Positions 1 to 13,545 of a stretch of DNA of 64,000 bases are shown here, in pieces. Made by a program: the position numbers and the translations under genes. Origin of the DNA: Mobula hypostoma (lineage: Eukaryota); assembly GCF_963921235.1 (NCBI RefSeq), contig NC_086107.1, positions 101,496,001-101,560,000 on the forward strand, read 5' to 3'. How positions within the stretch are numbered: position 1 is the first letter of the stretch; every line of letters starts with the position of its first letter. The notes below the pieces were generated by a model. It ran no database searches and was not told where the DNA came from. It saw nothing but the letters and a program-made list of their open reading frames with translations.

Positions 1-180
1 CACACACGTATACACACACGCACACACACATACACACACACGCATACACATACACACACACACACACGTATACACACACACACACACGTATACACACACA
101 CATACACATACACACACACACACACATACACACACACACAGACGTATACACACACACGCACACACACACACACACACACG

Positions 181-224
<44 letters not shown>
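1..224. repeat. Imperfect (CA)n microsatellite
   Basis: CA run with cgta/cata interruptions. Confidence 0.97.
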
Positions 225-226
<2 letters not shown>

Positions 227-691
227 GCAGTGTAGACAGAGTCTCCACTAGTAACGAGGTCATGGCTCCCAGCTACAGGCCCTGGATTGGACTCTGGTCA
301 TTTATGGAAATCCGGCGTCTGGGTCTCTGCGGTGAAGTCAAGGTCACCTGAGCCAGTAGATCCTGACCTCTGACCCCACCAGTTGAGAGCCAGAGGCCTG
401 TAGATGACACAGCTCTGACCCCTGACCCCAAAGCCCCTGTGCCCGGTGCCAGGACTTGGTGGCGGGAGGAGCGAGGGTCTGCTCACCTGATGCTGGGGGA
501 CCTCAGGCCAGGCTTGTCCTTCCTTGCAGAACACCTGACCATGGGAACTGGGAGCTTGCACGTTGGTGCAGCAGTTAGTGCTGCTGCCTCGTGTGAGGGG
601 GAGGGGTCAAATGTGAGGAGAGTTGGAATTAGTTTAGTTATTGTCACATCCACTGAGACACAGCGAAAAGCTGGTCTTGCACACTGTCGAT

Positions 692-1160
692 GTTCAAAGT
701 AAATTTATTATCTAAGCACATATGTCTCCATCTGCAACCCTGAGACTCATTTTCTTGCGGGCATACCCAATAAATCCATAACAGAATCAATGAAAGACCA
801 CACCGACTTGGGTTTTCAACCACTGTGCAAAAGACAACAAACTGCGTACATACAAAAAGAAAGAATTAATAATAAGTAAACAAATAAGCAATAAATATTG
901 AGAACATGAGAAGAAGAGTCCTTGAAAGTGAGTCCATAGGGTGTGGGAACAGTTCAGTGGTGAGGTGAGTGAAGTTATATCCTCTGGTTCAAGAGCCTGA
1001 TGGTTGAGGGATAATAACCGTACATGAACCTGGTGGTGCGAGTCCTGAGGCTCCTGGACCTTCCTCCCGATGGCAGCAGTGAGAAGAGAGCATGGCCTGG
1101 GTGGTGGGGTCCCAGACGAAGGATGCTACTTTCCTGCGACAGTGTTTTGTGTAGATGCGC
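692..1160 (-). mobile_element. Rex1/Babar-like LINE 3' fragment
   Basis: Minus strand encodes degenerate LPSGRR..SLR..TTRF..S motif plus the AT-rich tail shared with other copies in the window. Confidence 0.75.
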
Positions 1161-2432
1161 TTTTCCTGTGATGAGCTATCCGTACGGATCCAATCATTAC
1201 AGGGTAAAGCAATAACAACGCAGAATAAACACAGAAACATAGAAAATAGGTGCAGGAGTAGGCCATTCAGCCCTTTGAGCCAGCACCAGCATTCAATATG
1301 ATCATGGCTGATCATCCAACTCAGAACAGGGCGTCACAGCTACAGAGAAGGTGCGGGGCGGATGAACAGTAAGGTGCAAGATCATAACTTGGTAGATCGT
1401 GAAGCCAAGATGCATCTTATCGTAGAAATGGTCCATCAAGAGTCTGATAACAGCCGGATAGAAGCTGTTCCTGAGCCTGGTCGTACTGTGCATGCTTTCA
1501 GGCTTTTGTGCCCTCTGCCCGATGAAGGTGGAGAAAGAGAATGTCTAGAGTTGGATATGCTGGCTGCTTTACTGATGCAGCGAGAAGTACAGACAGAAAC
1601 AGTAAGTGGGAGGCTGCTTTCCGTGATGTCCGCGACCCTCTGCGGTTTTGTGCTGTCAGCTGCAGAGCAATGGCAAACCAAGCAGGGATGCATCTGGACA
1701 GAATGCTTTCAATGGCGCATCCAGTGTGGCGAGAACAGGTCACAGGGGAATGGGACTGACGAGGTTGCCCCAAGAACCAGCATGGACTTGATGGGCTGAA
1801 CGGCCTCTGAAAATGAGTCCGCTCCCCCCCCCCCCCAGCACAGCTCCGTGCCACGTGCTCAGGACATGAGGCTCATCTCTGGAGCAGCACTGGGTTGGGG
1901 GAACGGAGATGTCTTCACTGGGGATCAATTCCACTCACTGGCAGCTGGATTCAGGGCCCCTGCCGGAAACGTGAGCATTGGGCTAGGGGTGTGGGACTGG
2001 GGCCATCAAACTCTCACCTCGTCCATCTCCCTAGCGGAATCAATCGGAATCAGTCACTGACATGCATTGTGGAATTTGTTGTTTTGTGGCAGCAGGTACA
2101 ATGCAGGGATAACAAGTGACTGTAAACCACAATAAAATTAAATTATAAATACTGCAAAAGGGGAATAGGGAGGTTGTGTTCATGGGTTATACATTGTTCA
2201 GAAGTCTGGTGGTAGAGGGGAAGAAGCTGTACTGAAACCTGAATTGCTAAAGCTGTTTGTAAGGAGTTTTTACATCCTCCCATTGATGATGTGGGTTTCC
2301 TCTGAGTGCTCTGTTTTTCTCATTCGTTCCAAACCGAACGTTTGGTTCAGTGAATTGTGGCAGTGCTTGTGGGCTGCCCCCCCAGAAAAATCCTCCGACT
2401 GCGTTGGATGCAAAACGACTCAGCTCACTGTA

Positions 2433-2710
2433 TTATAGGCATCCGTTAGTCTTGTGAGACCATGGATTTGCGCCTTGGAAGGTTTCCAGGGCGCAGGCCT
2501 GGGCAAGGTTGTATGGAAGACCAGCAGTTGCCCATGCTGCAAGTCTCCCCTCTCCACGACACCGATGTTGTCCAAGGGAAGGGCACTAGGACCCATACAG
2601 CTTGGCACCAGTGTCGTCGCAGAGCAATGTGTGGTTAAGTGCCTTGCTCAAGGACACACACGCTGCCTCAGCTGAGGCTCGAACTAACGACCTTCAGATC
2701 ACTAGACCGA
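2433..2710 (-). mobile_element. tRNA-derived SINE with CORE-like central domain
   Basis: Reverse complement matches 51390-51480 (ctagtgatctgaaggtcg...gtgtccttgagcaaggcacttaaccacacattgctc). Confidence 0.8.
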
Positions 2711-3329
2711 TGTCCAGTGGTGGGAATTGAACCCGGGTTGCCTGTACTGTGAAACATCGTGCTAACCACTACGCTGCGTGCCATCCCTGGTGTTGGGACA
2801 GCCATCAGGATAACTTGAAGCTGTGAAGAAGGGATGTGAAATGCCGACTGCCCCTTTGTTCAGACATTTCTCCGCTCTGGTACGGAGTTAGGAACAGCTT
2901 AGGCTGCCAGGGCAGTTACCCTAACACTGTTTAGAAGTGACCACGTACCATCAGGCTCAAGGACAGCTCCCATCCCACTGTTATCAGACTTGAGAGTGGA
3001 TCTTTCACACAATAAAGGATGAACTCTTGATCTCCCAGTCTACGTCCACCTGCACGCCACTTTCTCTGTGTAACACTATCTGGTTTCTCTTTGTACTACC
3101 TCGACGTACGTATGGAAAGATCTCTGTGGGTTGCACACAAACTAAAGCCTTTCACTGTATCTCAGTACATATTACAATAATGAGCTGATTACCAGTTCCA
3201 ACTCTTGGTAACGCATCGTACTCCGGGTGCAGCCTGATGCAGTGGAGCAGCTCCCACTCCCAGCGCCTCTGGTTGATTCTCTCTCTGCCTCAGCTCAGTC
3301 CACACCACATGGGCAACAATAACTCCGAA

Positions 3330-3990
3330 CAACACATACCAACGTTGCTGGTGAACGCAGCAGGCCAGGCAGCATCTCTAGGAAGAGGTACATTTTAATT
3401 CCACGTCCCATTCCCATTCTGATATGTCTATCCACGGCCTCCTCTACTGCGAAGATAAAGCCACACTCAGGTTGGAGGAACAACACCTCATATTCCGTCT
3501 GGGTAGCCTCCAACCTGATGGCATGAACATCGACTTCTCAAACTTCCACTAATGCCCCACCTCCCCCTTGTACCCCATCCGTTATTTATTTATATACACA
3601 CATTCTTTCTCTCACTCTCCTTTTTCTCCCTCTGTCCCTCTCACTATACCCCTTGCCCATCCTCTGAGTTTTCTCCCCCCTCCCTCTTTTCCTTCTCCCT
3701 GGGCCTCCTGTCCCATGATCCTTTCATATCCCCTTTGCCAATCACCTGTCCAGCTCTTGACTCCATCCCTCCCCCTCCTGTCTTCTCCTATCATTTTGGA
3801 TCTCCCCCTCCCCCTCCCACTTTCAAATCTCTTACTAACTCTTCCTTCAGTTTGTCCTGACGAAGGGTCTCGGCCTGAAATGTCGACTGTACCTCTTCCT
3901 AGAGATGCTGCCTGGTCTGCTGCGTTCACCAGCAACTTTGATATGTGTTGCTTGAATTTCCAGCACCTGCAGAATTCCTCGTGTTTGCGT
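3330..3990 (+). mobile_element. Penelope-like element 3' part with inverted 5' terminal repeat
   Basis: GIY-YIG C-terminus (HFNSTSHSHSDMS...RLEEQHLIFRLGSLQPDGMNIDF), hammerhead motif 3852-3889, 63-bp inverted repeat 3330-3392 vs 3888-3950. Confidence 0.88.
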
Positions 3991-4424
3991 TTTTAAAACG
4001 GCTCTGAACCCTGGTTATGGCAGCCTGGTCCTCAGGTGGGTCTCCCTTCACCTGTTCCACCACCATTCCTGCTGCAGACTGCATCCTGATCCCACAGGGA
4101 CAGATCCAGTCTTCCCTCTTCCCCAACCCCTGCCCCCTACACTGAAGTGTCAGATGGAGTGACAGAGGAGCCAACAGTCCTGTTGACAGCCTGAATACAG
4201 AGTGGGAAAAGACGTTCAAAGGTCCAGTGAGGATCTGAAGTAATGGCAACATTGGCATTCTGCCAGAGGTTAGCTCTTCTACTCGTACGGTGCTCCCTCA
4301 GCACCGCGTGCAGGGTCCCGTGTTCGGCCGGGGGGTGGGGGCCACTTGGTCAGACTCGGAGAGGAGGGTCTGATTTGTCGACGCACTCTCAGTCTGAGAC
4401 AAACCTCCTCCCCTGGGAGGAAGA

Positions 4425-4610
4425 AGGCGGGGGCTGCGTGTTAGCGTTACCACGTCTGTGACCCGGGTTCAATTCCACTGTAAAGAGTTGGTAAGCTCCG
4501 GATGATGCAGTTTCCTCCCGCATTCCAAAGGCATGCGGGCTCGTAGATTACTTGGTCACGTGGGTGTAATTGTGGGACACGAGCTCGTTGGGTCAGACTG
4601 TGCTGCATCT
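4425..4610 (+). mobile_element. HE1/V-SINE-like element (others at ~5515-5660, 8690-8880, 13550-13700, 20180-20290, 34470-34659, 36370-36590, 50957-51258, 52690-52930)
   Basis: B-box-like ccgggttcaattcc and the tttcctccc.cattccaaag motif recur in all copies. Confidence 0.75.
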
Positions 4611-5689
4611 TTACATAAGATGCTGGCGCGCTCGATCACAGCGGCTTCCACGTGGTCAATCAAAGGTGTTACTGTCTTTTCTGAATGTTTTTTTTTACAA
4701 TTACAAGCCCCTGCTGGACATTAAGAATGTAAAGTCCTGCAGGTCTACCCCATCAGCAAGTTGCTCGTTGGCGGAGAAACTGAAGGAGGCGGACTTAGTA
4801 AAAATCGTGCCGCTGCCTGCATCAGAGGAGTCAATGCGCGACGGAGATGTGGAGTCTAATAGTGACTGATCGTCTCAGTCGCTTTTCTTGGGAACGTAAG
4901 ATCCTGTTGGACACTGTTGACGTGGAATGCTGCAACTCCGATTCACTGATTTATTGGCGGACTGCAGGGGAGTTGCACGTACTTGGTTGCAGCGAGGACT
5001 GGGCCTCAAGCCGCGGTGTTGCCCGTTTACAGCCGCTCAAGAGAGAAGCGTTGGAGTCGGTGTGCTTCACCGGAGGCGGTGTAGTGTGGCGTTCCCGATT
5101 ACAGACCTCTGCAACATTTATGGACTCGGGATTGTGGACTATATACTTCTTGTGTGACTGTATTTTGTTGATATCTTATGTGTGCTTTGTCCTGTGTATG
5201 ACTGTTGGTATTGTGTTTTGTACCTTGGCCCCGGAGTAACACTGTTTTATTTGGCTGTATTCATGTATTGTTGAATGACAATTAAACTTGAACTTAAACA
5301 AATAAATAAATTGAACAAAACATCTACCATAGAGATCGAGGAAGGAATTTCTGATTGCACAGATCCCACCCAGTGAAGAGTTCAGACCCACACCAAACCT
5401 CATAGCGCTGGTATGGGAAGGCTGGGGGGACTAACCTACATATAGAATGTATCTTCCTACCCCAAATATCAGCCAGTGAACCCGGTGATGTTTGGCCGAA
5501 TTAAATGGGGTGGGGTGGGGTGCAGCTGCTAGAGTTGCTGCCTCACAGCACTGGAGACCCGGTTCAATCCCAGCCTCTGTCCCTGTTCTCCACGCGACCC
5601 CCCTGTGCTCTCCGGCCTCCCCCCACATCCCAGAGGCAAATATGTTAGTAGTCTAAATGTATATTATCCTAATGTCAAGGGTAGAAAGT

Positions 5690-7089
5690 TTAATCAGAAT
5701 CAGGTTTAATATCACTGGCATACGTCGTGAAATTTGTTAACTTTGCATCAGCAGTACAATGCATGATAAATATAGAAAACAGCTGAATTTCAGTAAGTGT
5801 GTGTGTGTGTGTGTGCGTGCGTGCGTGCGTGTGTGTGTGTGTGTGAGTGTGCGTGTGTGTGTGAGTGTGTGTGCGTGCGTGTGTGTGTGTGTGTGCGTGT
5901 GTGTGTGCGTGTGTGCGTGTGTGCGTGTGTGTGTGTGTGAGTGTGTGTGTGTGTGCGTGTGTGCGTGCGTGTGTGTGCGTGCGTGCGTGTGTGTGTGTGT
6001 GTGCGTGTGTGTGTGCGTGTGTGCGTGCGTGTGTGTGCGTGCGTGCGTGTGTGTGTGTGTGTGTGCGTGCGTGTGTGTGTGAGTGTGTGTGTGCGTGCGT
6101 GTGTGTGTGTGTGAGTGTGTGTGTGTGTGTGCGTGTGTGCGTGCGTGTGCGTGCGTGTGTGTGTGTGCGTGTGTGTGTGAGTGTGTGTGTGCGTGCGTGC
6201 GTGTGTGTGCGTGGGTGCGTGTGTGTGTGTGTGTGTGCGTGTGTGTGTGCGTGTGTGCGTGTGTGCGTGCGTGTGTGTGTGCGTGCGTGTGTGAGTGCGT
6301 GTGTGCGTGCGTGTGTGTGTGTGCGTGCGTGTGTGTGTGTGCGTGCGTGCGTGTGTGTGTGTGTGTGTGATTGTGTGTGTGTGTGTGTGCGTGTGTGCGT
6401 GCGTGTGTGTGTGTGCGTGTGTGCGTGCGTGTGTGCGTGTGTGTGTGTGCGTGCGTGTGTGAGTGTGTGTGTGCGTGCGTGCGTGTGTGTGCGTGCGTGC
6501 GTGTGTGTGTGTGTGTGTGATTGTGTGTGTGTGTGTGTGTGTGTGCGTGTGTGCGTGCGTGTGTGTGTGTGCGTGTGTGCGTGCGTGTGTGCGTGTGTGC
6601 GTGCGTGTGTGTGTGTGCGTGCGTGTGTGAGTGTGTGTGTGCGTGCGTGTGTGCGTGCGTGTGTGTGTGTGCGTGCGTGTGTGAGTGCGTGTGTGCGTGC
6701 GTGTGTGTGTGTGCGTGCGTGTGTGTGTGTGCGTGCGTGTGTGAGTGTGTGTGTGCGTGCGTGTGTGTGTGCGTGCGTGTGTGTGTGTGCGTGCGTGCGT
6801 GTGTGAGTGTGTGTGTGCGTGCGTGCGTGTGTGTGCGTGCGTGCGTGTGTGTGTGTGTGTGTGATTGTGTGTGTGTGCGTGTGTGTGTGTGCGTGCGTGT
6901 GTGTGTGTGTGTGTGCGTGCGTGCGTGTGTGTGCGTGCGTGCGTGCGTGTGTGTGTGTGCGTGCGTGTGTGAGTGTGTGTGTGCGTGCGTGTGTGTGTGC
7001 GTGCGTGTGTGTGTGTGCGTGCGTGTGTGAGTGTGTGTGTGTGTGCGTGTGTGTGTGCGTGCGTGTGTGTGTGTGCGTGCGTGTGTGAG

Positions 7090-7121
<32 letters not shown>

Positions 7122-7940
7122 TGTGTGAGTGCGTGTGTGTGTGTGTGTGCGTGTGTGAGTGCGTGTGTGCGTGCGTGTGTGTGCGTGCGTGCGTGTGTGT
7201 GTGTGCGTGCGTGTGTGAGTGTGTGTGTGCGTGCGTGTGTGTGTGCGTGCGTGTGTGTGTGTGCGTGCGTGTGTGAGTGTGTGTGTGTGTGCGTGCGTGT
7301 GTGTGCGTGCGTGCGTGTGTGTGTGTGTGTGTGATTGTGTGTGTGTGCGTGTGTGTGTGTGCGTGCGTGTGTGTGTGTGCGAGTGTGTGTGTGTGAGTGC
7401 GTGCGTGTGTGTGTGAGTGTGTGATTGTGTGTGTGTGCGTGTGTGTGTGTGCGTGCGTGTGTGTGTGAGTGCGTGCGTGTGTGTGTGAGTGTGTGATTGT
7501 GTGTGTGTGCGTGTGTGTGTGTGTGCGTGCGTGCGTGTGTGTGTGTGTGTGTGCGTGCGTGTGTGTGTGAGTGTGTGTGTGCGTGCGTGCGTGTGTGTGC
7601 GTGCGTGCGTGTGTGTGTGTGTGTGTGATTGTGTGTGTGTGCGTGTGTGTGTGTGCGTGCGTGTGTGTGTGTGCGTGCGTGTGTGTGTGAGTGCGTGCGT
7701 GTGTGTGTGAGTGTGTGATTGTGTGTGTGTGCGTGTGTGTGTGTGCGTGTGTGTGTGTGTGTGTGCGTGCGTGCGTGTGTGTGCGTGCGTGCGTGTGTGT
7801 GTGTGTGTGATTGTGTGTGTGTGCGTGTGTGTGTGTGCGTGCGTGTGTGTGTGTGCGTGCGTGTGTGTGTGAGTGTGTGTGTGTGTGTGCGTGCGTGTGT
7901 GTGTGAGTGTGTGCGTGCGTGCGTGTGTGTGCGTGCGTGC

Positions 7941-7972
<32 letters not shown>

Positions 7973-8420
7973 AATAGTTAAATTAAGTAAGTAGTGCAAA
8001 ACCAGAAATAAAAAGTTGCAGTTGTAATGCTATTGTGACACTATAATTTTCTCTGGGAACAATGAAGTGTCTATCTATCTATCTAATGAGGTAGTGTTCA
8101 TGGGTTCAATGTCCATTCAGAAACGGGATGGCAGAGGGGAAGAAGCTGTTCCTGAATTGTTGAGTGTGCGCCTTCAGGCTCCTGTACCTCCTCCCTGATG
8201 GTAGCAACGAGAAGAGGGCATGGCCTGGATGGTGGGGTCCTTAGTAATGGACAGCGCCTTCCTTGAGGCACTGCTCCTTGAAGATGTCTTGGATACTGCG
8301 GAGGCTGGCACCCACGATGGAACAGACTAATTTTACAAGTTTATGCAACTTGCTTAGACCTTGTACAGCCCCTGCCAGCACCACCCCCCCCACCAGATGG
8401 TGATGCAGCCAGTCAGAACG
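5690..8420 (-). mobile_element. Rex1/Babar-like LINE 3' fragment split by the GT satellite
   Basis: Tail aatcagaatcaggtttaat at 5692; coding remnant gaagaagctgttcctgaa...ctcctgtacctcctccctgatgg at 8140-8200. Confidence 0.75.
5797..7966. repeat. ~2.2 kb compound (GT)n/(GTGC)n/(GTGA) microsatellite
   Basis: Directly visible; near-continuous purine-pyrimidine alternation. Confidence 0.98.
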
Positions 8421-8904
8421 CAGTTGATGGGAATGAGGGGGGAATCAAAGTTGGGATTAATGTAGGATTAGCGCAAATGGGTGGATGATGGTCAGCACAC
8501 ACTCAATGGGCCGAATGGTCTGTTTTTGTGCTGTCTCCCTCTACGACTTACAGGCCAAAGGCAGCAATGTTTCCTTTTAAATTTAATTTCCTCCCAGAAA
8601 CCCCAGTGATGTTAGTTGTTGATCATATTTGGAAGTGGGAGATGGAAATGGGGGTCTTCTTCTATTCTAACAAAGAGAAGCCCCACGGTTCCAGGTTCAG
8701 TTCCTGCCACTCTCTGTAACGAGTGTGTACGTTCTCCTCGTGACCACGTGGGTTTCCTCCGGGTGCTCTGGTTTCCTCCCACATTCCAAAGCCGTCTGGA
8801 TTAGGGTCAGTAAGTTGTCGGTATGCTATGTCAGCGCCAGGAGTGTGGCGGCTCTTGTGGGCTGCGTTCCCCCCCCCCCAGCACACCCCCTTTGGAGCGA
8901 GAGA

Positions 8905-9260
8905 GGACGAGAGGTGATTTGAATAGAGCTGCATAAGATGATAAAAGGCATAGATCGAGTGGAAAGCCTGATTCCTTTTCTCAGGGTACCAGTGGCTGAC
9001 GCCAGGAGGCACAATTTAAAAATGATTAGAGGAAAGTATAGGGAGGATGTCAGAGGTAAATTCTTTACCCAGAGAGTGGTGGGGGCGTGGAACGTCCTGC
9101 CAGGGGTGGTGGTAGAAGCAGATACATTAGGGGCGTTTAGAAACCCTGAGATGATAGAGGAATGGAGGGTTATGTAGGAGGGAAGGGCTAGATTGATTTT
9201 AGAGTAGATTAAAATGTCGGCACGTCATGGGCAAAAGGGCGTGTATGGTGCTGTAATGTC
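8905..9260 (+). mobile_element. CR1 LINE 3' fragment
   Basis: KMIKGIDRV...DVRGKFFTQRVVGAWNVLP, the CR1 ORF2 C-terminus. Confidence 0.85.
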
Positions 9261-10564
9261 TTGTGGGTTGGTCATTAACGCAAACGATGCATTTTACTGT
9301 ATGTTTCAATGTACCAGTAACAGATAAAACTAATCTTAATCTTCACGCCCTATCATCAGCTGGTTGCGCACAGCATGGATGGTACATTCGAGGACAACCC
9401 AGCGGCCAGGAAGAAGCTGAGCACAGTCATCGATCACCTCCCACACAGCGGGCAACACGGGTGTGCCGTTAACAAGCTGCTGAAAGGTAGTGAGTATTGA
9501 GAAGAGCTTTAGTGCGGCTGCTTTTCTGGCTTGTGTTAGCTTTCAGTCAGGCGTTACAATGTTTTAAACAGAACAAATTCATACTCAGCGTCACAACTGT
9601 TCAATGTTCTTTTTATCTTTTTGAGGGGATCTGGATGCTGCTGAGCTTTTCGTCCCCATCCCACCGCCGACCCGCGAGCTCAGCGGGCATCTGGGCCGAT
9701 TTAGAGACCACGTCAGTGACGGGTCTAGACATATCGACCAGGCCGGCTCAAAGTAATTATATTCCTACACCATCAAATACCGCAGACGCTGCAAACCTGA
9801 AACAAAAGGAGAAATTCCTGCCAACAGCCAAAAGACCAGGCAGTATCTGTAGAGAGAGAAGTAGACTCCACTTTCGCATCCAAAGCTCTTTGTTCCGTCC
9901 ACTGCAGGTGAGAGACGGGTTCCAGCTCATTGAAGAGGATGCTCTACGTGTGGTTGTGTCGTCCAGCTGATATCATCTCTATCCAAGGAAAACGTTTATA
10001 ATCCAAAATCAAAAGCAGTGTGAATCTCAGAAATCTGAAGTAAACTGGAAGTGCCGGAAACACCCAGCAGGTCCAGCAGCATCTGTGCGGAGAGAAACAC
10101 AGTCAATGCTTCATGCTATTCCCTCCACAGATGCCTCTGGACCTGCTGGGTGCTTTCGAGTTCTTTCCCCTAACAGAAGAGAAGTTATACCTTGTTGGAA
10201 AACATCACTCAGGGGTATATAGGTTTTGTCACCATAATGAAGGAGTTGAACACAGTATTTTACATGTGAAATACAAGGCTGACTGAAAGCAAATGCAGGC
10301 TTCACTACCAGCTTTGGGGGTTGATAGTTTTCATTGAAAAACTTTACTAAGTTATGGAAGTGACTTTAATTTAATTGACAATGTTGTCTTTCATTATTTA
10401 CAATCTATAGGGCTTTTTGGGGGGGGGGAATAATTTAGTTTTCATTTGATGAAGAATTATCAAGGGTTTTATTTCTGAACTCTCTCCACCACACTCCAGT
10501 CCAGTTGGTAGTGATAATGCACCTTTAAGTTGGACTGCCAACCGCCATTGAAGAAGGAGGAGGA

Positions 10565-11115
10565 GAAGGCTGGGATTGTTTCCCCTGGAGTGAAGGAATC
10601 TGAGCGGTGATATTTTGAAGGCTTATAAAATGATAAGGGGTGTAGATAAGGTGGATTGTCGCAGTGATTTTCCCCAGGGTAGTTGAATCTAAAACTAGAG
10701 GGGATAGGTTTAAGGTGGGAGGGAAAAACTTTAAAAGAGGACCTGAGGTCTGTGGGTCTGTGGAACGAGCTGCCGCAGGCCGTGGTAGAGCCAGGATCAA
10801 TGACAAAGTATAGTAGGCACTTAGGCAGGTATGTGGATAGGAAATGTTTGCCAGAGTTCACAACCTGGGGTCCACAGACCCCCTCGGTCCATGGCATTAA
10901 AAAGGTTGGGAATCCTTGGTTTCGAGGGATACAGATGCAGGCACTAAAAGTACTCCTCCGGCCAGGAATGTGAAGGCCACCGGTGAATAATTGATGGAGG
11001 GATAATGAAAAGTCACGCAGAAGAGAGGCTGGGCCAGGGAGCAGGTATTTACAGTGCCTATTGTAGGTTTAATCATGGATCCGCAGGGAAGAGCTAGCAC
11101 ACATGTAATGGGCCG
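10565..11115 (+). mobile_element. Degenerate CR1 LINE 3' fragment
   Basis: Remnants GLWNELPQAVVE and tail atgggccgaacagcctc. Confidence 0.7.
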
Positions 11116-11567
11116 AACAGCCTCCTGTATCATTCCATGAGGAAAAATTCCGAGAAATGAATGCTTCTGGAATATCCCACTCTCTCAGGTTACAATGGCC
11201 TGAATTATCTTCATAAAATTAATCTATATTGGGATTTTTAAAAGATCAACGATTTAAAAAGAAATCAGGAGCCCTGCATGGGACGTCCTTTACCCAGGGG
11301 ACAGCATCTGCTCTAAATGTTTATTCTGTCTGAGAGCGCGCAGTGTTTCTCCACTCACCCCTCAAGCCCTGGAAACAAATCATTTCATAAATCACTTCAG
11401 CAATTCCAGAGGCTGCCTCTTGCTTTTGAGTTCCGCATTGGTGGTCAGAAGAAGTTGTCCAGACCAAACCGATGGCCGCTCTGTAATGCCTCATGGCAGG
11501 GCAGAGCTCATATAGCAATGCCCGAGACTGGGATCCTGTCACCCACTCTTACATCCCTCACAGAAGG

Positions 11568-13545
11568 ACACAGACAGACAGACTGACACACACCCACACA
11601 CACACATACACACAGACTGACACACACCCACACACACCCATACACACAGACACAGACACAGACTGACACACACCCACAGACACAGACACACACACACACC
11701 CATACACACAGACACAGACACAGACTGACACACACCCACAGACACAGACACAGACACACATCCATACACACAGACGCAGACACAGCCGACACACAGATAC
11801 AGACACAGACACACACACACATCCATACACACAGACGCAGACACAGCCGACACACACCCACACACACAGACACAGACTGACACACACCCACAGACACAGA
11901 CACAGACACACACCCACAGACACAGACACACACACACATCCATACACACATCCATACACACAGACTGACACACACCCACACACACCCATACACACAGACT
12001 GACACACACCCACACACACCCATACACACAGATACAGACACAGACTGACACACACCCACAGACACAGACACAGACACACACCCACAGACACAGACACACA
12101 CACACATCCATACACACATCCATACACACAGACTGACACACACCCACACACACACATACACACAGACTGACACACACCCACACACACCCATACACACAGA
12201 CACAGACACAGACTGACACACACCCACAGACACAGACACACACACACATCCATACACACAGACGCAGACACAGCCGACACACAGATACAGACAGACAGAC
12301 ATCGACACACACACAGTCACAGACAGACACATACCCACACAGAGACACGGACACACACACACACCCATACACACAGACTGACACACACCCACACACACCC
12401 ACACACAGATACAGACACAGACTGACACACACCCACACACACACATACACACAGACTGACACACACCCACACACACCCATACACACAGACACACATCCAT
12501 ACACACAGATGCAGACACAGCCGACACACACCCACACCCACACACGCAGACACAGCCGACACACAGATACAGACAGACAGACATCGACACACACACAGTC
12601 ACAGACAGACACATACCCACACAGAGACACGGACACACACACACACCCATACACACAGACTGACACACACCCACACACACCCATACACACAGATACAGAC
12701 ACAGACTGACACACACCCACAGACACAGACACAGACACACACCCACAGACACAGACACACACACACATCCATACACACAGACTGACACACACCCGCACAC
12801 ACCCACACACACAGACACAGACACAGGCAGACACACACCCACACACACCCATACACACAGACACAGACAGACAGACACACACACACCTATACACACAGAC
12901 TGACACACACCCGCACACACCCATACACACAGATACAGACACAGACTGACACACACCCACAGACACAGACACAGACACACATCCATACACACAGATGCAG
13001 ACACAGCCGACACACACCCACACCCACACACGCAGACACAGACCGACACACAGACACAGACAGACAGACATCGACACACACACAGTCACAGACAGACCCA
13101 CACAGAGACACGGACACGGACACGGACATGGACACGGACACAGATGCACACACAGATAGACACATACACATAGTTATGGACAAAGCCAGACACATAACCC
13201 ACACACACAGACACACGCACACCCTCATAGAGATAGACACAGACAGGCACATATACACACACAGTTACAGGCACACAGATACATCCATGGAGATAGACAG
13301 ATACACAGATAAACACAGACAGACAAACACCCACACCCACACAGACAGACACAGACATACACACACCCTCATAGAGATAGACACAGACAGGCAGACACAT
13401 ACCTACGCGCACAGACACCACACACAGACAGACAGATAAACACAGACAGACACACACACACACCCACAGATAGATACAGACAGGCAGAAAGACACACAGA
13501 TAGAGACAGACAGACATGCGCCCCCCACACACAGATAGACACAGA
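11568..13545. repeat. ~2 kb complex CA/CAGA-based satellite with higher-order blocks
   Basis: Recurring units cagactgacacacaccca, catccatacacacaga, cagccgacacaca; larger blocks duplicated (e.g. ~12270-12400 and ~12555-12680). Confidence 0.95.

Noticed and set aside
4297..4315. REST/RE1-like TCAGCACC half site (also near 18416 and 20635)
   Set aside because: The right half GGACAG is missing or mismatched.
5690..7999. 769-aa His/Thr-rich ORF and overlapping Cys/Val ORFs
   Set aside because: Translation of a GT/CA microsatellite that lacks stop codons.
11359..11368. Possible 10-nt microexon (ttccAG GGCTTGAGGG GTGAGT, minus strand)
   Set aside because: Not frame-preserving and no supported host gene.
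11508..13149. 523-aa and 536-aa Cys/Val-rich ORFs
   Set aside because: Satellite artefacts.
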